DNA of 40,226 nucleotides from Gammaproteobacteria bacterium (GTDB lineage: Bacteria > Pseudomonadota > Gammaproteobacteria > Steroidobacterales > Steroidobacteraceae): positions 1 to 40,226 of the forward strand of contig RGWK01000001.1 in NCBI GenBank assembly GCA_010029775.1, read 5' to 3'. The translations under genes and the position numbers were made by a program. Positions within the stretch are counted from its first letter, which is position 1; each line of letters opens with the position of its first letter. Shown here piece by piece: positions 34,442-40,226 of the stretch. The notes under the pieces are model-generated. The model made no database searches, was not told the DNA's origin, and saw only the letters and a list, made by a program, of their open reading frames with translations.

Positions 34442-35740
34442 ATGAACGTCGGCTTTCTCGGTCTCGGCGCCATGGGCATGCCGATGGCGCGCAATCTCCA
34501 CAAGGCAGGCCTGCTGAAGGCCGTCTGGAACCGCTCGGCGGACAAATCCGCCGCCCTTGCCGCGGAGCTTGGCTGCAGCGCTGCCGCGACCCCCGCGCAG
34601 CTCGCCGCGCAATGCGAAGTGATGGTGATCTGCGTGTCGGCCGATGTCGACGTGCTGGCCGTCGTCGATGCGCTGCTGCCCGGTATCCAACCGGGCTCGC
34701 TCGTTATCGACTGCTCCACGGTGAGCGCTGATACGGCACGCGCTGCAGCGGCGCGACTCGGCTCCCGGCAGGCGAACTTTCTCGACTGCCCGGTGAGCGG
34801 TGGCGTGGAAGGCGCACAAAAAGGCACGCTTGCGATCATGTGCGGCGGCTCCGCCGCTGATTTCGCGCGGGCGCAACCCGTACTCGCAGCGATGGGCCGC
34901 ACGATCAGCCTGTTCGGCGCCACCGGTGCAGGTCAGGCGACCAAGGCCACGAATCAGATCATGTGTGCCGGCATCATCCGCGCAGTAGGCGAAGCCATGG
35001 CTTTCGCCCGCGCGCAGCATCTGCCGCTCGAGCAGGTGGTCGAGACCCTCGGTCAAGGCGCGGGCTCATCGTGGTATTTCGTCAACCGCGCCCCCAACAT
35101 GATCCGCGGCAGCTTTCCTGCAGGCTTCCGCGTACGCCTGCACGAAAAGGACCTCAAGATTTGCCGCGACATGGCCGCAGCGAGCGGCGTATCGCTGCCT
35201 GTCGTAGACGATGTGCTGCGTGAATACGCTGAGCTCATCGCCGAGGGCTATGGTGACGAAGACATTTCGGCGATCTACCGACTCAAGTGGCGCCTGTTCG
35301 CCGAAGCGCCCTTCCGCAATCCGCCAAATGCCGAAATCTTTGCTCTGCTGCGTCGCGCACGGACCATCGCCATCGTTGGCCTGAGTGCTGACCGCAGCCG
35401 ACCAAGCCACGGCGTCGCACGCTCGTTGCAGCAGTTCGGCTATCGCATCATCCCGGTCACGCCTACGGCAGAAAGCATCCTTGGCGAACGCTGCGTACCC
35501 ACGCTCGCGGCGGCGGTCGCGGCGCTGCCTGCGGGCGAGCGCATCGACATCGTCGATGTGTTCCGTAAGCCCGAACACGTCGCGGCCATCGTCGACGAAT
35601 GCATCACGCTGCAACTACCTGCGTTGTGGTTGCAGGACGGCGTCATCGACGACACGGCGGCCCGCCGTGCCCGGGACAACGGCGTGTTCACGGTGATGGA
35701 CCGGTGCATCTTTCGCGATCGCGCCGCCTTGCCGCCATGA
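34442..35740 (+). CDS. fusion protein: beta-hydroxyacid (HIBADH-like) NAD(P)-dependent dehydrogenase plus C-terminal CoA-binding (YccU-like) domain
   Basis: The N-terminus has the Rossmann motif VGFLGLGAMGMPMARNL, then DCPVSGG and the HIBADH-like helical domain. From about codon 290 it reads ARTIAIVGLSADRSRPSHGVARSLQQFGYRIIPVTP...IDIVDVFRKPEHV...LWLQDGV, the CoA_binding_2 pattern. Confidence 0.75.
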   Translation: MNVGFLGLGAMGMPMARNLHKAGLLKAVWNRSADKSAALAAELGCSAAATPAQLAAQCEVMVICVSADVDVLAVVDALLPGIQPGSLVIDCSTVSADTARAAAARLGSRQANFLDCPVSGGVEGAQKGTLAIMCGGSAADFARAQPVLAAMGRTISLFGATGAGQATKATNQIMCAGIIRAVGEAMAFARAQHLPLEQVVETLGQGAGSSWYFVNRAPNMIRGSFPAGFRVRLHEKDLKICRDMAAASGVSLPVVDDVLREYAELIAEGYGDEDISAIYRLKWRLFAEAPFRNPPNAEIFALLRRARTIAIVGLSADRSRPSHGVARSLQQFGYRIIPVTPTAESILGERCVPTLAAAVAALPAGERIDIVDVFRKPEHVAAIVDECITLQLPALWLQDGVIDDTAARRARDNGVFTVMDRCIFRDRAALPP

Positions 35741-36537
35741 GCCTCGCATTCACCAAGATGCACGGCCTCGGCAACGACTTCATGGTGTTTGAGGCACAGC
35801 AGGAGGCCGCATTGCCGGATACCGCGCGCTGGCGCGCGCTGGCCGATCGGCGCACCGGCATCGGCTTCGATCAGGCGCTCGTCATCCTGCCGCCGCGGAC
35901 GCCGGACACCACTGCGTATTACCGCATCTTCAATGCCGACGGTGGCGAAGTGGAGCAATGCGGCAACGGCGTACGTTGCGTCGCCGAGTGGCTTCGGCAG
36001 AATGGCCGTGGCAGTGAGCGGCCGCTGCGTCTCGAGAGTCGCGGCGGCCTCATCGAGGCGCGATTCATTGCGCCAGGTACCGTTGAGGTGAACATGGGCG
36101 AGCCGCGCTTCGCCACACCGGCTCGCAATCATCTTCAGCTCGACAGCGTAGAGATTGCCTACACCGAAGTCTCGATGGGCAACCCGCACATCGTGCTCGA
36201 AGTCGAAGACGTCGACACCGCACCGGTTGCAGAGCTTGGCCCGAGGCTTGAATCCCATCCGCGCTTTCCGGCTCGCACCAACGTCGGCTTCCTGCAGATC
36301 GTCGATCGCGAACACGCAAAGTTGCGTGTCTTCGAGCGGGGCGTCGGCGAAACTCGCGCCTGCGGTACGGGTGCCTGTGCAGCTATGGCGGCCGGGCGCA
36401 GGGCAGGAGCGTTCGACGAGCGCGTGACGATCACGCTGCCGGGCGGCGCGTTGTCACTGTACTGGCCCGGCGCAGGGGCGCCGCTGTGGATGACCGGCCC
36501 TGCGGTCGTATCCTTCCGCGGGGAAATCGGAGACTGA
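35737..36537 (+). CDS. dapF: diaminopimelate epimerase
   Basis: The ATG at 35737 (ATGA overlap) gives MSLAFTKMHGLGNDFMVF. Catalytic Cys motifs are EQCGNGVRC and ETRACGTGACA. Confidence 0.93.
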   Translation: MSLAFTKMHGLGNDFMVFEAQQEAALPDTARWRALADRRTGIGFDQALVILPPRTPDTTAYYRIFNADGGEVEQCGNGVRCVAEWLRQNGRGSERPLRLESRGGLIEARFIAPGTVEVNMGEPRFATPARNHLQLDSVEIAYTEVSMGNPHIVLEVEDVDTAPVAELGPRLESHPRFPARTNVGFLQIVDREHAKLRVFERGVGETRACGTGACAAMAAGRRAGAFDERVTITLPGGALSLYWPGAGAPLWMTGPAVVSFRGEIGD

Positions 36538-36540
36538 CTG

Positions 36541-37167
36541 ATGATCGATGCCAAAGCCGTTACGGAATATCTCGAGGCGCATCCAGAATTCTTTGATGCT
36601 CATCCGCAGTTGCTCGAAACACTCACCGTGCCCCACGCGCCTGCGGGCGGAGCAGTATCGCTCGTCGAGCGGCAAGTAAAGGTGTTGCGGGAGCGGCAGG
36701 CCGCCAGCCGCGAGCGCCTTGCGGAGCTCGTGCGCGTAGCGCGTGACAACGAGGCCCTCACCGGCCGGGTACACCAACTTGCAGTGCGCCTGCTGCACGC
36801 ACGCACGGCCGCGGAGGTCGAAGCCCAGGTGACGGCCTCGATGCACGAGGATTTCGCGGTCACGCCGGTGCGGTTGCTGCGCGAGGCGCCGCAGACCGCA
36901 GGTCTCGATACGGTGTGGAGCGCGGGCAGGCCCCGCTGCGGACACTTCGCCGAAGCCCAACGAGCCGCGCTCTTCGGCGCCGAGGCTACCGAACTGCGTT
37001 CGATGGCCATTATTCCACTCGGCGCCGGCGCAGCGCGCGGTGCCTTGGTGCTGGGCAGTCGCGATGCCGATCGCTTCAACCCCGGGGTGAGCACGGATTT
37101 TTTGGTGCGCATCGGAGAGCTCGTGGCAGCCGCCCTCGCGCGCTGCGGGATCGAGCCTGCGGTGTGA
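36541..37167 (+). CDS. DUF484 (YigA) family protein
   Basis: N-terminus VTEYLEAHPEFFDAHPQLLETL followed by a GAF-like C-half. Canonical position between dapF and xerC. Confidence 0.8.
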   Translation: MIDAKAVTEYLEAHPEFFDAHPQLLETLTVPHAPAGGAVSLVERQVKVLRERQAASRERLAELVRVARDNEALTGRVHQLAVRLLHARTAAEVEAQVTASMHEDFAVTPVRLLREAPQTAGLDTVWSAGRPRCGHFAEAQRAALFGAEATELRSMAIIPLGAGAARGALVLGSRDADRFNPGVSTDFLVRIGELVAAALARCGIEPAV

Positions 37168-38081
37168 ACCCCGAGGCCCTCGCCTGGATCAAGCGCTTCG
37201 GCGCGCATCTGGCGGGTGAGCGTCGACTCTCGCCTCATACGCACGCCAACTACCTGCGCGAACTCGCGGCGTTGGCACGCTGGTGCGATGCGCAGGGCAT
37301 CGATGACTGGACGCGGCTCGACAGCCAACACCTTCGGCTGTTCGCGGCGCGCTCGCATGCCGGGGGTCTTGCGCCGCGCAGCGTGCAGCGACGACTCTCC
37401 GCGGTACGCACCTTCCTGCGTTTCCTGCAACGCGAACGGCAACTGAACGCAAACCCGGCGGCCGAGGTCCGTGCACCCAAAAGTCGTCGCGCCCTGCCGG
37501 GCACGCTCGATGTCGATCAAATGGCTCGACTGCTCGACATCCCGACCAACGACCCGCTGGCCGTTAGGGATCGGGCCCTCATGGAATTGCTGTACTCGTC
37601 GGGACTTCGGCTCGCCGAACTCATCGCGCTCGATCTCGATGCGCTCGATGCAACCGATCAAACCGTGCGTGTCACGGGCAAGGGACGCAAGGTGCGCATC
37701 GTGCCCGTGGGTCGCAAGGCGCTCGAGGCCTTGCAGCATTGGTTGCGCGAACGCCTCGCTCTCGCGCGGGCGGAGGAGCCTGCGTTGTTCGTGGGTCGTA
37801 ACGGGCGAAGACTCGGTCCGCGCACCATCCAGACTCGCATCGCCCGTTGGGCACGACTCCAAGGCGTGCCGCTGCACGTGCACCCGCACCTGTTCCGCCA
37901 TTCGTTCGCCTCCCACCTGCTCGAATCGAGCCAAGACCTTCGCGGCGTGCAGGAGCTGCTGGGTCATGCCGATATCGCCACGACTCAGGTGTACACCCAC
38001 CTTGATTTCCAGCACCTCGCCCGCATTTACGATCAAACCCATCCGCGCGCGCGCAGGAAGCCGCCTAAGGACTCGACATGA
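37164..38081 (+). CDS. xerC: tyrosine recombinase XerC
   Basis: GTG start overlaps the DUF484 stop (GTGA). Core-binding N-domain ([17 protein letters not shown]). Catalytic motifs [26 protein letters not shown] and [14 protein letters not shown]. Confidence 0.92.
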   Translation: MNPEALAWIKRFGAHLAGERRLSPHTHANYLRELAALARWCDAQGIDDWTRLDSQHLRLFAARSHAGGLAPRSVQRRLSAVRTFLRFLQRERQLNANPAAEVRAPKSRRALPGTLDVDQMARLLDIPTNDPLAVRDRALMELLYSSGLRLAELIALDLDALDATDQTVRVTGKGRKVRIVPVGRKALEALQHWLRERLALARAEEPALFVGRNGRRLGPRTIQTRIARWARLQGVPLHVHPHLFRHSFASHLLESSQDLRGVQELLGHADIATTQVYTHLDFQHLARIYDQTHPRARRKPPKDST

Positions 38082-38623
38082 GCGACACATTTAATCCACA
38101 TGGCACGACCATCCTCGGCGTGCGCCGTAATGGCGTCGTCGCCATCGGTGGTGACGGCCAGGTCACCCTCGGCACCACGGTCATGAAGGGCAACGCACGC
38201 AAGGTGCGCCCTCTCGGCCAGGGCAAGGTTCTCGGCGGCTTCGCCGGCGGCACGGCCGACGCCTTCACCTTGTTCGAGCGCTTCGAAGGCAAGCTCGACA
38301 AGTTCGGCAACCTGACCCGGGCCGCCATCGAACTCGCCAAGGACTGGCGTGCGGATCGGTACCTGCGTCGCCTCGAGGCACTGCTGCTGGTCGGTGATCC
38401 GCACAAGCTGTTCGTGATCTCGGGTAATGGCGATGTGATTGAACCCGAACACGACTTGGTCGCCATCGGCTCGGGCGGTGCGTTCGCACAGGCCGCGGCC
38501 CGGGCACTGCTCGAGAACACGGATCTGCCGGCGCGGGAGATTGTGGAGCGCGCACTCAACATCGCCGCTGATATCTGCATCTACACCAATCGCAATCTGG
38601 TCATCGAGGAGCTGCGCGCGTGA
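38078..38623 (+). CDS. hslV: ATP-dependent protease subunit HslV
   Basis: [36 protein letters not shown] with the Ntn-hydrolase Thr pair preceded by 9 residues. ATGA overlap with xerC. Confidence 0.93.
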   Translation: MSDTFNPHGTTILGVRRNGVVAIGGDGQVTLGTTVMKGNARKVRPLGQGKVLGGFAGGTADAFTLFERFEGKLDKFGNLTRAAIELAKDWRADRYLRRLEALLLVGDPHKLFVISGNGDVIEPEHDLVAIGSGGAFAQAAARALLENTDLPAREIVERALNIAADICIYTNRNLVIEELRA

Positions 38624-39981
38624 CCGCTCAACCCGTACCCGATGCCTCCGGTCTGACCCCGCGACAGATCGTCGCCGAACTCGACAAGCACATCGTCGGT
38701 CAGGATGCCGCCAAACGCGCCGTGTCGATCGCCTTGCGCAACCGCTGGCGGCGCATGCAGGTCAGCGAAGCGCTGCGCACGGAAATCACGCCGAAGAATA
38801 TTCTGATGATCGGCCCCACCGGCTGCGGCAAAACGGAGATCGCACGGCGGCTCGCGCGGCTCGCTCGTGCGCCGTTCGTCAAGGTTGAGGCTACCAAGTT
38901 CACCGAGGTCGGCTACGTCGGTCGCGACGTCGACTCCATCGTCAAGGAACTGGTGGACGCCTCGGTGAAGATGACCCGCGAGGCGGAACTGTCCCGGGTG
39001 CGCGACCGGGCGGCCGATGCCGTCGAGGAACGCATCCTCGATGCGCTGCTGCCCAAGCCACGTCTGATGGGCTTCTCGACCGACGAGCCGGTCGCCCCGC
39101 GCGATGCCGACACGCGTCAGAAATTTCGCAAGATGCTGCGCGAGGGCTCACTCGATGAGCGCGAGATCGAGATCGAGCTGCGCAATCCGGTGGCGGGCAT
39201 GGAAATCATGGCCCCGCCCGGCATGGAAGAAATGCAGCAGCAATTGCAGTCCATGTTCCAGAATCTCGGCGCCGGCAAGGGCCGTCCGCGCAAGATGAAG
39301 GTTCGTGAAGCCGCGAAACTGCTGCTCGATGAGGAAGCCGGCAAGTTGCTCAACGAGGAAGAGCTGCGCGCGGCGGCGGTGCGCAACGCCGAGCAGAACG
39401 GCATCGTGTTCATCGACGAGATCGACAAGGTCTGCCGCAGGCAAGATACCTACGGCGCTGATGTCTCGCGCGAGGGCGTGCAGCGAGATCTGCTGCCACT
39501 CGTCGAGGGATGCACGGTCACCACCAAGTACGGACCGATCAAAACCGATCATGTGCTGTTCATTGCCTCGGGAGCCTTTCACGTCGCCAAGCCCTCGGAC
39601 CTTATCCCCGAGTTGCAGGGCCGTTTTCCGATTCGCGTCGAACTCGAACCGCTTGAAGTGGAGGATTTCGTCCGCATCCTCACCGAGCCCGATGCATCGC
39701 TGACCACGCAATACACGGCGCTGCTGCAGACCGAAGGCGTGAGCGTGCGGTTTGCGCAAGACGGTGTGCGGCGCCTCGCCGAAATCGCCTGCCATGTGAA
39801 CGAACGTACCGAAAACATCGGCGCGCGGCGTTTGCACACGGTGATGGAGCGTCTGCTCGAAAACCTCTCCTACGATGCCAGCGAACGCGCGGGCTCCAAC
39901 ATCACGATCGATGCCGCCTACGTCGATCAGAGTCTCGGCGAGCTGTCCGACAACGAAGACCTGAGCCGATACATCCTGTGA
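38620..39981 (+). CDS. hslU: ATP-dependent protease ATPase subunit HslU
   Basis: GTGA overlap with hsl[25 protein letters not shown], Walker [16 protein letters not shown], Walker [10 protein letters not shown], and the C-terminal EDLSRYIL. Confidence 0.95.
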   Translation: MTAQPVPDASGLTPRQIVAELDKHIVGQDAAKRAVSIALRNRWRRMQVSEALRTEITPKNILMIGPTGCGKTEIARRLARLARAPFVKVEATKFTEVGYVGRDVDSIVKELVDASVKMTREAELSRVRDRAADAVEERILDALLPKPRLMGFSTDEPVAPRDADTRQKFRKMLREGSLDEREIEIELRNPVAGMEIMAPPGMEEMQQQLQSMFQNLGAGKGRPRKMKVREAAKLLLDEEAGKLLNEEELRAAAVRNAEQNGIVFIDEIDKVCRRQDTYGADVSREGVQRDLLPLVEGCTVTTKYGPIKTDHVLFIASGAFHVAKPSDLIPELQGRFPIRVELEPLEVEDFVRILTEPDASLTTQYTALLQTEGVSVRFAQDGVRRLAEIACHVNERTENIGARRLHTVMERLLENLSYDASERAGSNITIDAAYVDQSLGELSDNEDLSRYIL

Positions 39982-39991
39982 CGGCACGCGC

Positions 39992-40226
39992 GTGAACGAT
40001 CTGGCGCTCGGCTCGATCGTGCTCGCGGTGGCTGCAGTCCCTGCAGCGCTGCTCGTACTGCTGCTGGCGGATGTCGTCAAACTCGATGGCGCCGGTCGCA
40101 GGCTGCGTTGGATCCGTCGCTGCGCCGCAGTACTCGCCATCCTCGCCCTGCCCTCACTCGGCAAGGCGGTCTGGGGCTGGGCCGGTGCCGCACACCTCGA
40201 ACCACTCTGTCAGGCCTATGCAGCGC
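39992..40226 (+). CDS. possible membrane protein, 3'-truncated by the window edge
   Basis: The GTG at 39992 opens a frame that runs to the window end. It encodes two hydrophobic helices (LGSIVLAVAAVPAALLVLLLA and AAVLAILALPSL). The fragment is too short to assign. Confidence 0.3.
   Translation, partial: MNDLALGSIVLAVAAVPAALLVLLLADVVKLDGAGRRLRWIRRCAAVLAILALPSLGKAVWGWAGAAHLEPLCQAYAA

Noticed and set aside
36600-38090. 496-aa ORF antisense to DUF484/xerC
   Set aside because: Same shadow-ORF signature. The plus-strand genes carry clear family motifs and are translationally coupled.
1-40226. Search for CRISPR arrays, IS elements, long direct or inverted repeats and prophage genes
   Set aside because: By eye I found no regularly spaced repeats, terminal inverted repeats or mobile-element genes. 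The absence is based on visual inspection only.

Overview
High-GC chromosomal segment, probably from a gammaproteobacterium. Two syntenic blocks point that way: polA / engB / cytochrome c4 / dsbA, and comM-ubiK / glnK-amtB / dapF-DUF484-xerC-hslVU. All calls rest on reading the supplied translations and the DNA for family motifs, since no searches were possible. About 40 genes are supported, most of them core housekeeping: argB/argH, polA, engB, dsbA, corA, glnK-amtB, dapF, xerC, hslVU and one tRNA-Arg(CCG). I saw no CRISPR array, transposase, integrase or prophage gene. Four regions deserve a second look. (1) 10245-17292 is a tightly packed five-gene operon in which every product carries an export signal. 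It encodes a TPR-CHAT protease, a caspase (C14) with an EF-hand-like loop, an ER/K helix and DUF4384, an OmpA-like peptidoglycan binder, a small orphan protein, and an FN3-S41 lipoprotein protease. A convergent TonB-dependent receptor and a beta-lactamase-like hydrolase with no canonical start codon follow it. (2) 22873-25694 holds a CHASE2 sensor with an unrecognisable output domain, translationally coupled to an SH3b-M48 pseudoprotease in which HExxH has become RExxQ. (3) 25757-29726 is a YdbH-like / YdbL-containing fusion / AsmA-like envelope lipid-transport cluster. (4) The polA-engB spacer has a sigmaE-type promoter, a CU-rich loop and a plus-strand terminator, consistent with a Spot 42/ErsA-position sRNA. 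The many long antisense ORFs in the track are high-GC shadow ORFs and were rejected.
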